A program made the translations under genes and the position numbers. Below are positions 15,010-42,895 of a stretch of DNA of 64,000 nt, piece by piece; the first letter of the stretch is position 1; each line of letters starts with the position of its first letter. Under the pieces are notes generated by a model. That model ran no database searches. It saw only the letters and a program-made list of their open reading frames with translations, and was not told where the DNA came from. The DNA comes from the human T2T-CHM13v2.0 reference genome, Homo sapiens. The stretch is from NCBI RefSeq assembly GCF_009914755.1, contig NC_060943.1; one strand, 5' to 3'.

Positions 15010-15420
15010 TAACTGTATGAAGTAAGAGTGTTATTATCCCCATTGAACAGATGAAACAAATGAGGCCCACAGAGGTTTGGGCATCAGCTCCAAGTCACAC
15101 AGCTTGCAAGAAGGGGAGCTGGTTCAAGCCCAGGTATTCTGATAACATAGCATCTCTATCATCCTCACCATTATAATGATGTTCTGTATATTTCACAGTA
15201 TTTGCTGGGGTTGGCTACTGTTGACGCCATTTTACAGATGAGAAAACTGAGTTATAGAGGGACTTGCTGACTGGCCCAGGGTCACATAGCTGAGAGGTGG
15301 CAGAGTCAGAATGCATCCATTCATGTGGTCTCAGCAGCCACATCAGCACCAATGGGACTTCGATATTGCCTGGATGGTCTTCCCTCTTTCCATATGCCAG
15401 CTTTATGGAGAACAGAGTCT

Positions 15421-15847
15421 GGACAGATGCAGTGGCTCACACCTGTAATCCTAGCATTTTGGGAGGCTGAGGAGGGAGGATCGCTTGAGGCCAGGAGTTT
15501 AAGACCTGCCTGGTCAACATAGTGAAACCACATCTCTATAAAAAAAGGTAATATAAAAAGGACGGGCATGGTGGCTCATGCCTGTAATACTAGCACTTTG
15601 GGAGGCTGAGGCAGACTGATCACTTGAGCCCAGGAGCTCAAGACCAGCCTGGCCAACATAGGTGAATCCCTGTCTCTACTAAAAATATAGAATTAGCCAG
15701 GTGTGGTGGCGGGTGCCTGTAATCGCAGCTACTTGGGAGTCTGAGGAACAAGAGTTGCTTGAACCTGGGAGGTGGAGGTTGCAGTGAGCCAAGATCGCGA
15801 CAATGGGCTTCAGCCTGGGTGACAGAGGGAGACTCTGTCTCAAAAAA

Positions 15848-15893
<46 letters not shown>
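15421..15893 (+). mobile_element. Alu monomer plus full Alu ending in (TA)~20
   Basis: Alu consensus; A tail followed by a TA repeat at 15853-15893. Confidence 0.85.
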
Positions 15894-15896
<3 letters not shown>

Positions 15897-17183
15897 GGGA
15901 ATCTGATCCCTAACATTAGTGGAACAGCTTCAATTCAGGGATTGAGCAGGAGGAGAGGCTGGTGCATTCAGTGTCCACTCCCCAGCATCAGAGTGGATTC
16001 TACCCAGCTTGGTGAGAATTCTCTGTACCCAATTTGCCCTTTGATACTGCACTGGGCAGAGAGGGTGGGTGGGCATCCTCCTACTAGGGCAGGAGGAGTC
16101 CTTCACATATACCTGTATTCTGGGCCATCACCCTTCAGCCAGAGTCATCCTTCTAAATAAAAAGCTAAGCACAACCACCCCTTGTCTAAATCCTTCCATG
16201 GCTCCCTTGTGCCTTCAGGATAAAGTCCAAACTCCTCAAAACATGGGTTGGTTCCTGCTGACCTTCTGTAGGTTCTTCTCTTGCCATTTCCCTCTCCCAA
16301 CACACAAGCACATTCACACACACACAAACACACACACACATGCACACATGTATGCATGTGTACACACATACCCACACACAAGCACAGCTCTGTTTACCTG
16401 TTTCCTGTATAAACCCTATGATGTGGAATCCCAGCTCTGCTACCTGGGCAAGTCACTTAACTTCTCCATGCCTCATTTTTCTCGTCAGTAAAATATTTTG
16501 CTCTCCTGTGCTTCTCTAGACTAGAAGAATGCCTGACACACAAAATGCACCAAATGGTCATTTTCTGTTTGGTTTTGTGAAAGACAAAACGCGTAGACAG
16601 TACAAAATTCAGAAAGACACAAGAAAGTAAGTTTCCTTTCCACACCTACTTCCAAATCTTTCAGGGTGCCGCTACAGAGGCAAACACAATTATTAATTTC
16701 TCATGGAATCTTCCAGATTTGCTCTTACGAGAAAATGGCGGCACCATTCAAAAACTGCTTTTGTCACCTGATAACATATCTTGGATATAGAGATTCCTAT
16801 TTCCTTCTCTGTAAAATGGGGATATGAAAGAATCCACCTCACAGGCTTGTTACAAGAATTAAATGAGTTAATACTCACTTTCTAACAGCACTTGTATACA
16901 GTAGACACCCTATAAGTACTAGCTCTTATTGACACTCAGAGATCTGCTTCTTCTTTTTGTAATGACTTCATAACACGCTAAGGGATGGGTGTACCATAGT
17001 TTATCCGACAGTTCTTGTTGATGGAGACTTCCATCAATGGAGTCTTCCAATTGTTATGCTGCAACAATGCTTCTCTTTGCTGTAACAATGCTTAATAAAT
17101 ATGGTTCACGTCTGTAATCCTAGCACTTTGGGAGGCCAAGGCAGGCAGATTGCTTGAGCTCAGGAGTTAGAGACCAGCCTGGG

Positions 17184-17891
<708 letters not shown>

Positions 17892-18428
17892 TTACAAATT
17901 CCTTTCATGTGGCACTAACATTATATGTTCAATACACCAGCATGATCAGATTATACCACTGTGTGTGGGGTGCTAGGGCCATTCTTTGATGGAGAACTGG
18001 TCTACCCATTGCAATCATTCTCACAGATGCAAGCTGAGCTGGTTCACAGGTGAGCAACTGTTCTTGCCCCAAAGAATGTAGTTAATGTTCTTCCCATAAG
18101 CTCATGGCTTTTGAGAATACTGTTGGTCCCAAAGGGGAGACAGTAGTTGGTCAAAGGAATACCACCTCAGCCCAGGAAGGGGACTGTGTACTGAAGGAAC
18201 AGTAAGGTGTCCTTGAGGGGTTTGAAGGGTTCCTGGTGAGGCTCGATTGTGTTGTAGGATGAAGGCTGAAGAGTGGGGTGGGAGGCAGGGACGAGGAAGG
18301 AGATGGGTCATGAGCTCTATTAAAATGTATTTTTGTAATTCCGAGTTGAAAATAGACATACCGACTTCATGCTGACTGTTTCGGCTTCGTGACATAGCCT
18401 GGCTCGTGGGGGCCTTCCCATTCAGCAC

Positions 18429-18514
18429 GTCTCCGTGGCAACAGGCCACTTTCTCATTCACGCCATCTCCAGGGTTACCTTGCTTGGCTCATTCAGGACT
18501 GTTGCCATAGAGAC
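18429..18514. promoter_or_regulatory. Cluster of three RFX X-box-like motifs (candidate enhancer)
   Basis: GTCTCCGTGGCAAC (18429-18442), ATCTCCAGGGTTAC (18465-18478), GTTGCCATAGAGAC (18501-18514), in sequence with no repeat I recognise. Confidence 0.55.
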
Positions 18515-18873
18515 AGGTCCATTGATACAATCTTGACGCTTTGGAACTTTGCTTTCCCGAATGATGGAGTATTGGCCGTGGGGTACGGATGACATTGTGA
18601 TAGGGTGTGAGGCGAAGAGAGTTCTGGGAGTTGAGGTATAAAGACTTAAAATCTGGCAAGAGGAAGATGAGGTCATGGTAGGAGATATGGTAAGGCAGTA
18701 GTAGACCAATATCATTCCTGATCTTGACATGTGAAATGGTTGATCCTTTGACAATCCTGTGTGTGTGTGTGTGTGTGTTGTGTGTCTGTGTGATGTCTTT
18801 TATTAGACTCAAAGTACAAATACGCCAGGCACTTAGCCTTGTCATTGTTGATGTCTGTATCTCCAGCATCTAG

Positions 18874-19896
<1,023 letters not shown>

Positions 19897-20462
19897 TTTT
19901 TTTTTTCTTTATTCTTTTTTCTTTTTTTTTTTTTTTTTAAGGGAAACAAACCTCTGAAATCCACTTCCCCCACCAGCTAACACATGCCCCATCTCTCTTC
20001 CTCTACCCTTCACAGCAGAACTCTTTAAAAGAGCTAGTAGTAATCCTTCCAGTAGCCTCTTGCCTTCACCTCTTCACCTAAGCAGCTCTGGCTCAGGTCA
20101 CGAAAGATCTCCATGCCACTACATCCAATGGTTGATTCTCATTTTTCATTTGAGTCAACACATCAGCATCAGTGGACATCATTGATCATTCCCTCATACT
20201 TGAAATGGCTTAGCACTTTCCTTGCATGACAGCCAGCACCCACATTCTTCTGATTTGCTCCAATTCAGTCTTCTCTGCTGGCTCCTCCTCATCTTCCCCA
20301 ACCTCTTTAATGATGGAGAGTAAGCCCTGGGCTCAGTCCTGGGTGCTCTCCTGCATCTATGCCCTTATTCAGTTCCTTAAATAGCCTCCACAGGAGGCTG
20401 ACTCCTGCCTTTGGATCTCCAGCTCTGACTTACCTTTTTTGAATTTTAGACTCCAATTCCTA

Positions 20463-20538
20463 TTAGGCTGGTGCAAAGGTTATTTCCTTTGCCATTACTT
20501 TTAATGGCAAAACCGCAATTACTTTTGCACCAACCTAA
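20463..20538. mobile_element. MADE1 (Hsmar1-derived MITE)
   Basis: TTAGGCTGGTGCAAA...TTTTGCACCAACCTAA inverted termini flanked by TA on both sides. Confidence 0.92.
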
Positions 20539-20668
20539 TAGATGGCCAACACAATATCTCTATCCATCAGTAGGCACTTCATAGAAAGCTGAGTTCCTAA
20601 TCTGCCCACCTAGTCAGTCTCCTTCCCCATTTTATTTGATGGCAAACCCATCCTTTCACTTGCCCATG

Positions 20669-21013
20669 TGATAGGGTTTGGCTGTGTTCCCACCCAAATC
20701 TCAACTTGAATTGTAATAATCCCCACGTGTCAAGGGCGGCGCCAGGTGGAGATAACTGAATCATGGGGGCAGTTTCCCCCATACTGTTCTTGTGGTAGTG
20801 AATAAGTCTCATGAGATCTGATGGTTTTATAAATGGCACAAGCTCTCTTGCCTGCTGCCATGTAAGACATGCCTTTACTTCTCCTTTGCCTTCTGCCATG
20901 GTTGTGAGGCCTCCCCAGCCATGTGGAACTGTGAGTGCATTAAACCTCTTTCCTTTATAAATTACCCAGTCTCAGGTATGTCTTTATTAGCAGTGTGAGA
21001 AGAGACTAATACA
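20669..21013 (+). mobile_element. THE1-type MaLR solo LTR
   Basis: TGATAGGGTTTGGCTGTG...GACTAATACA with 5-bp TSD CCATG (20664-20668, 21014-21018). Confidence 0.9.
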
Positions 21014-21104
21014 CCATGTCAAAAAATGTGGGGTTCTCCTTGACTTCCCTCTCTCTCTTTCTCTCTCTTTCTCCTTCTCTCTCTCTCTCTCTCTCCCCAT
21101 TCTC

Positions 21105-26315
<5,211 letters not shown>

Positions 26316-26508
26316 GTTGTGTATATTTTGCCACAATCAAAACAAAACAAAACCCAAAACCAATTTAATATCCACATACGGATATTAATATCCAAATACG
26401 TGCAATTGGTGACCGAATTGCACGGTACAGCTCAAAGAATGTTTCCAAGAATGGCTTTTGATGACCACCTCAAAGCTCACAGTCTTTCCAGAGAGACCGT
26501 CACCCTCT

Positions 26509-26545
26509 CCCCAAGGGGGCAGCCTGATGTTCCAGGAGGTGGCAG
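26509..26545 (+). promoter_or_regulatory. Two tandem CTCF-like core motifs
   Basis: CCCCAAGGGGGCAG (26509-26522) and CCAGGAGGTGGCAG (26532-26545) versus CCASYAGRKGGCRS: 2 and 1 mismatches. Confidence 0.5.
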
Positions 26546-27009
26546 CCACTCGTCCAGGTCAGAAAGCGACTGCCAAGAACTCACTGGACCTTGGAAGTCA
26601 GCCAGCTGCCAATCTGTCAGCTTGCATCCGGAGGGCTGGAGAAGAAGCGCTGTGTTAACTGTGCAACTCTGTGCTGCTGTGCACGCTCGGTATGTGGGTC
26701 CCGAGGGGTTTCCACTCCACTGGGCAGGAACAGGGAGGGAAGGCTGTCATGTTTCGGTTTCTGAATGTCCAGCTGCTGTGACAGCAGGAAAGAGTCGCCA
26801 AGGGCTGAGACTGGTGGGTGGGCTGGCTCCCCAGATAGAACAATCCACCCAGAGCCCATTCTGTAGGTAGTGAGGCAGCCTCCATCAAACCAGTCGTGGA
26901 TTCTCTGTTTCTGTAGAGCTCTGCCTGTTTATGCCTCACTTTCTGGGGATGAACTGGCCTGGGCTTCTGCAATAATTTCAGCACAAGGAGTTAAAAGAGA
27001 ACCATAGTT

Positions 27010-27524
<515 letters not shown>

Positions 27525-27784
27525 TCAGGTGAGTTACTTAACCCCACTCTGTCTTGATTTCTCTGTGGTTTTCCCCATAGAGAGAAGACATTTGTTAATG
27601 TATGAAAAGTCCTTAGAACAATGGAATGAAGCTTCCATGAAGTCAGCTTTCTCAGGTCCACAGCAAATATTTGGGGGAGTGGAGGTGGGGGCAGAACCCT
27701 TCAGGCATTCAGTACAAGGTAGTGGTGTGTGTACGTGGGAGGCAGTCCCAGATGTCAGAACCTGAATTCAAAGCGCATTCTGGC

Positions 27785-28170
27785 TGTAGTGGGTTGAACA
27801 GTGAACCCTCCAGAAGTTATGTTGATGTCCTAATCCCTGGAATGCTACCTTATTTAGAAAAAATAAGGTATGCAGGTACGATTTAGTTAAGAATATGAGG
27901 GCAAGAGTTTATTCCTGGATTTTCTGAGTGGGGCCTAAATGCAGTCATATGTATCCTTATGACACAGCAGAAGAGGGAACTTTGAGAGGGAAGAGGAGAA
28001 CGCCCTGTCACCACTGAGGCAGAGACTGGAGTGAAGCAACTCCAAATCCAATGGAAGGATCCTCCCCCGGATCCTTTGGAGGGACCCTGGTGACACCTCG
28101 ATTTCAGACCTATGGCCTCCAAAACAGTGAGAGAATACATTTCCCTTGTTTGAAGCCGTGTGGTTTATGG
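27785..28170 (+). mobile_element. MLT1C/D-like MaLR LTR
   Basis: TGTAGTGGGTTGAA..CCTAATCCCTGGAA..GCCTCCAAAACAGTGAGAGAATACATTTC. Confidence 0.7.
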
Positions 28171-28172
28171 TA

Positions 28173-29510
<1,338 letters not shown>

Positions 29511-29713
29511 AGAGAAATGATTAAAAAAGAGACTGCTGTTGACTTTGGAATTTTTGGGCAGGGGTCAGCAAACCCCATGGGCTGGCCATCTATTTTTATA
29601 AAGTTATGTGGAATTCAGCTGCATCCATTCATTGACCTATTGCACAGAAAGGCTCGCTCTCTCTCTCAAGCAGAAGGAGGCTCACTTCATGGTCTCTTTT
29701 CTTAAGTAAAGCA

Positions 29714-31240
29714 GTGAATTGAGTTGAATACTATTTCCCCCAAATTCGTGTTTACCGAAACCTCAGAATGCAATCTTGTTTTGAAATAAGCTCTTTGCAG
29801 ATGTAACTAATTAAGGATCTTGAGGTGAGATCATCCTGGATTTAGAGTAAGCCCTAAATTCAATGACTGGTATCCTTCTAAGAAGAGGAAAGGACATAGA
29901 CACACAGAGAAAAAAGGCAAATGAAGATGGAGGCAGAGATTGAAGTGGATGCCAGACAAAGAATACCAAGGGTTGCCAGGAGCCACCAGAAGAGGCAAGG
30001 AAGAATTCTTTCCTAGAGCAGTTGTCAAGGTGGCTCTGCTGACACCTTGATTTTAGGCTTCTAGCCTCCAGAACTAAGAGAAAATAAATTTCTGTTGTTT
30101 TAAGCCGCCAAGTTCATGTTACTCTGTTATAACAGCCCTAGAAAGCCAATATAGGGAGAGAAAGATGAGGTGACATGCCTTTGCCCCTGATTTAATACTT
30201 CAGTTAATTCTGGAAAAGAACCCCTTATCAGATAGGTCCTGTTTGACAATTTGATTCAATAAATATGGTAGCAACCACTGGATGTCCACCACTCCCCCAT
30301 CCCCCACCATCTTCTACAGTAATGGAATTTTAGCCAAGTCATGGAGTTCCCAACAAAACTACATTTCCCAGCATCCCTAGCAGTTTGGTATGATCACATG
30401 ATTAAGTTTCCATCAGTGATATGTCAGTGGAAGTGACAGCTGCCACTTTTGGGTCTGAGACTTCAGAAATTCAAGGTCTGCCTATTCAAGACCAGTTAAG
30501 TTTTGATTGTGCAAATGGTGCTGAAGATCATTTGGTGGTAGAAAAGAAGAGGGCAACAGGAGCCTGAATCCCTGAGTGACTTTGTGGAAGTGAGCTTCCC
30601 TGCCAACCTGCATGGCTAACCTTGCAGCTATTATAGGAGAGAAATTATTTTTTTTTCTTTAAGGTTTTAATCCGGTGGCCTTTTGGGTCTCTTAGTATGG
30701 CAGCATACCTTTGCTACATAATATAATAAATATTAATTATGTACCCAGGAAGTTGTAGTCATGGGGGATAGGACAATGACTGGATGGGTAGGGCCCTGCT
30801 CTCATGGAGCTTACAATCTAAGGGAAGGAAAGCAGATAATTTAAACCTCAATTATAATACAGGGGGATAAAAAACCTGGTGGAAGAGCACTGCTATGGTC
30901 TGAATGTCTGTGTCTTTCTCAAATTCATATGTTGAAACCTAGTCACCAATGTGAAGATATTAGGAAGTGGGGCCTTTGGGAGGTGATTAGATCATGAAGA
31001 CAGAGGGATTCATGCTCTCATGAAAGAGGTTTCAGAGAGCTGCCTCAACTCTTTTCACCATGGAAAGATGCAGTAGGAAGACCCCTTCTATGAAACAAGA
31101 AATGGCCCCTCATCAGACACCAAATCTGTCAGTGCCTTGATCTTCCCAGCCTCCAGAACTGTGGAAAATAAATTTCTGAGGTGTATAAGCCACCCAGTTT
31201 AAGGTATTTTATTATAGCCACCTGAGAGGATTAAAACAGG
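29714..31240 (+). mobile_element. Series of MaLR LTRs: MLT1B/C-like ~29714-30150, old MLT1 relic ~30330-30710, MLT1A/MST-like ~30891-31238
   Basis: MaLR hallmarks GCCTCCAGAACT..AAATAAATTTCTG and TGCTATGGTCTGAATG. Confidence 0.65.
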
Positions 31241-31873
31241 TGCTCTCTGGGCAAAGGAAGTGTCCTCATCCAGATTTGGAGGGTCAGGAGAGGGTTTTTG
31301 GAGGAAATAATGCCTATTCTGAGACTTGACAGCAAAGGGTGGAAAGAAGAAGAGTATTTCAAAAAGAAGGAAAAATAATTCCAAGGCTATCCAGTGACAG
31401 AAAGTATAGGATGCTAGGGGATCCTTAAAAAGTTCAATGGGCTGGATGTGGTGGCTAACCCCTGTAATGCCAATACTTTGGGAGGCCAAGATGGGAGGAC
31501 TGCTTGAGCCCAGGAGTTTGAGACCAACCTGGGAAACATAGTGAGAACCCATCTTTACTAAAAATAAAAATATTAGCTGGGTGTAATGGCATGCACCTGT
31601 GGGCTCAGCTACTCAGGAGGCTGAGGTGGGAGGATCACTTGAGCCCAGGAGTTTGAGGCTGCAGTGAGCTGTGACTGTACCACTGCACTTCAGCCTGGGT
31701 GATGGAGTGAGACCACATCTCAAAAAAGAAAAGTTCAATGTAGCTAGAGTGGAGAGATAACACAGGTGATATGGGTCAAGGCCAGATGACGCAGGGTCTC
31801 AAAGACACTGCTAAAAGCAATGGGTCACCTTGAGAGGACTTGACAAGAAGAAAGACTTGGTGAGATTTATATT

Positions 31874-32465
31874 CTGTGTAGTAAAGAGTTAACTCCTTGG
31901 GGTTGGGGAGTTCAAACTCTGCATATTCCAAAGGAAGGACTGGCCCTTGGCTGGCTCCTGGAAAGAATATCTGTATATCTAGGGCTTTGGGCCATGCCTG
32001 GTAGCTTATGCTCACAATGGGATCTATGGTGACTGCCTGTTTGTGTTCAGCTGGGGCCCTGGGACACACGGTATCAGTTTGATCTTGGAGTGTGCTGGAG
32101 ACCCAGCAGTTAAAGTCAGTCACATGGGTGCTCCATGTCAATGTAACTGAGCCCCAATAAAAACCCTGGACACCAAGGCTCAGGTGAGCTTCTCTGGTTG
32201 GCGGTACACTGTACATTGTCACACACCATTGCTGGGAGAATTGAGCACTGTTTGCATAACTCCACTGGGAGTGAACAGCTGGAAGCTCATGCCTGATCTC
32301 CCCTGGACATTGCCTTGTGCATCTTTTGCTTTGCAGATTTTAATCTGTATTATCTGTATTCTTCCACTGTAATAAACCATAACTGAATTTCACAGCTTTT
32401 CTGGGTCCCGTGAGCCCTTTTAGCAAACCTTCAAACCTGAGAGTGGTCTTGGAGAACCCTGACAC
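31874..32465 (+). mobile_element. Solo LTR of the MER68/MER21 group
   Basis: CCCCAATAAAAACCCTGGACACCAAGGCTCAGGTGAGCTTC..TGTAATAAACCATAAC..GTGGTCTTGGAGAACCCTGACACA. Confidence 0.65.
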
Positions 32466-32883
32466 ATACTCTTACAACCTTGAAGCTACTCCAGGTCAAT
32501 AAGATTCTTGTTCTAGTTGCATCTCAAGAGAAAAGCAATTCCCTCTCTGACGAACTTTCAGATGTCCTACCTGCTTGCTGGCCACAGGACTTTAGGGGAT
32601 TTGGAGATGGACAAAACTGGCCTCTGTCTCCAAGCAGCTCAGAGTCTAGAGGGCAAGGCAGAAAGGAGACCAAAGACAGCAATCAGCACGTGGTGTGCTT
32701 TTATGGCAGAGTGCGTGATGGAGGGCTAGTGGGTTCATCCCTACCTTAAATTCTGGCCAGGAATGGGGACAAGTCACAGCACCCAGATCAGAGATTAAGT
32801 TGATGAAGCTTGGGGGAATGGTACTGTGTATCTCAGGGGAGAAGGAGGTGAAGTGAAGCCAATGCTGTGTGGGCCAGGATTGA

Positions 32884-37630
<4,747 letters not shown>

Positions 37631-38569
37631 CAAGAGCTCTTATCTTATAGGCTCTTTAGAAGATTAAATGGGTTAATATTTGTAAAGGGCTCATAGTAAA
37701 TGCTAGTTGTTATTCTCATCACAATTTACCTGGATTATTAGGCTGATGAGTGCAATGCAGTTGAACTGAAGTTTTACAAGGGCAGAAAGCAGGCCTGTCT
37801 TGTTGACCGATGTGTCATCAGGGCCTAGCACATAGTAGAACCTCAGTGAGCAATTTTGGAATGAATGAAGTATTTCCTTTTTACCTGCCAATATCCCCAA
37901 ATGTAACAAAAACCATGACTACCATTTGCTGAGAATCTACCCTGGAGCAGGCCCCCTAGTGGGCATATTACACGGATCATCTCCTCGCATCCTCAAAACA
38001 ACGCTGAGACAGGTGGCATCGTTCCATTTCACAGATAAGGAAACCGCAGGTCAGAGTGGCCCCGCAGCCTGTGAAGGGAAAAGCCAGAATTTTCGCCACG
38101 TCCACTGGGATTCCCAAATCCAAATGTTCAGCTACTTTCTGCCACCAGTGTTTCCTTCAACCTGCGATCCGCTCTCATGGATGTCACAGCCAATCACGTA
38201 GACCCCGAGAGCCCTCATGTTTGTATTTCTTTGCTTCTACCATATGTTCCCCCTGCTTCTTACTGAAGAATAGAAGCAGTTCAATGCCTCAGTTTCCCTA
38301 CTCATAAAAGGAGGAAAACAACAGTGGTGTTCTCAGAATGGCCTTGAGGACGGCACAGGTGAATCACGCCTCAAACAGAGAGAGCCTCTGCAAATGGAAT
38401 AGCCTCTCTACCACTTGCCTATGAATCCCCCCACCACCTTGACCCTCGGGCACACATCTTTAGATTTGCTGACCACCTTCTGAGCTGGGTCTCGCTCCTC
38501 TGCCCATTAGCTTTCTTTGCCCAAGCTGATTTATCTGTCATTTCTCCCCCTCCAGCCTCTATCACTGTG

Positions 38570-38572
<3 letters not shown>

Positions 38573-38610
<38 letters not shown>
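38573..38610. repeat. (CA)~19 microsatellite, (UG)n in the pre-mRNA
   Basis: Direct reading. Confidence 0.97.
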
Positions 38611-38612
<2 letters not shown>

Positions 38613-39009
38613 CTCTTTCTCTCTCTTCTTGCAGCCTCTTCAGCCACTAAAATTAGCTCCATCTCTAGTCCACATCCCCAGCACGCCTGTCCTGGTTTCT
38701 CTGGGCTCCCAGCCACTTGCGATATTGTGTCTCAGATGCCACACGCTGCCTGCCTGATGTCACAGCCGCTTCCTAAAACAAGAGGTATTTTGAGATCTTG
38801 GAGGGGGTGGGAGCGGGGGGAAGGGAGGGATTTCACACATCTTCCTCCCGGGGTGTTTTTAAAAAACGCTGACACGAGAGATGTGTGCCCCCCTCACTGT
38901 GCCCCTCACTCCTATTTTTAGTTTCAAAGCGTCCAAAAAAAAAAAAAAAAAAAAGCTTCAGAGCCAATGAGACCTCTAAGGGCCCCAGTGGGTCAAATCT
39001 TGATTTAAA

Positions 39010-39889
<880 letters not shown>

Positions 39890-40009
39890 TGAGCCACCAT
39901 TAGAACAATGAGACAAGCAGGTCAGGAGGAGATAGCACATGGACAGGGGGTGAGGATGTTACCACCTAGTCATGGCAGGGGCTTGATGCCCCTGGAAGAT
40001 TTTACTGGC

Positions 40010-40920
40010 ACAATTCATATTACAAATTATTTAGTGAATACTTACTATGTGCCAGGCTGTGTTCTAGGCTCTGGGGGAATAGCAGTGAACAAAACAGACA
40101 GAAGTCCCTGCCCTCATGGAGCTGGCATTCTAGTGGGGGCAGGGGATTGGCAATAACCAATAAACAAGTAAATATAGCTTGGCAGATGCTCTTCAGGGGT
40201 GTAGAGGGAAATTAAGCCTAGAGGCGGGGAGTGGGGTGGCACAGTGCAGGTGAGGCAGTTACATGTTAGAAGGACACTTGAGCAAAGACCCAAAGGAAGT
40301 GAGGGGGGAGCCAAGCAGATATCTGGGGGAAGAGTGTTCCAGGCAGAGGGAACAGCCTGTGCAAAGGCCCTGAGGCTGGGGAGTGCTTGGTGTGTAAGGG
40401 ACAGCAGGGAACTTGTGTAGCTGAAGCCGAGTGAGTGGAGAGGAGAGTGGGAATAGAGGGGGATGGGGGATCACAGGGGCAGAGTTTGTGGGTCCCTGTG
40501 AGGAGAATTTGGGCTTTTTCTCCAAGTGAGGTTGTGAGCAAAGAGGAGCCAGGTCCTGACTCAGTGGCTCACAGGTGCCCTCTGGCTGCTGTGTGGGGAA
40601 CAGTCCTGGGGGTGGGGCAAGGACTGAAGTTAAGAGACCAGATTGGGGTGGAGGGGCAACTGGTTTAGTCCAGGCCAGCAAAGATGGGGGCTGGACCGGG
40701 GTGGGGCTGTGAAGGTGGTGAGAGGTGGGTGGTGGATTCTGGGTAGATTCTGAAGGTAGAGCCAATAAGATGTGCTAACAGATTGGATGCAGGGGGTGGA
40801 GAAAAAGAGGCATAGAGGCATAGAGGAAGATCTGGAGGTCTGAGGCCAGAGCACTGCAGGGGGTTAAAGCCGCCTTTACCTAAACAGAAAATAGGGCAGG
40901 AGGAGCAGGTTTGGGTGACG
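40010..40920 (-). mobile_element. L2 (LINE-2) 3' region
   Basis: TACTATGTGCCAGGCTGTGTTCTAGG..CCTGCCCTCATGGAGCT..CCAGGCAGAGGGAACAGC..TGCAAAGGCCCTGAGG. Confidence 0.85.
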
Positions 40921-40964
40921 GTGGTCTTTTGGAGGAGCTGTAATCCCTCTAACACCTCAGAGTC

Positions 40965-42895
<1,931 letters not shown>

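Noticed and set aside
26319-26870. 183-aa plus-strand ORF in unique sequence
   Set aside because: Antisense to the gene, non-ATG start next to an Alu fragment, no recognisable domain or pseudogene hallmarks such as poly(A) or TSD.
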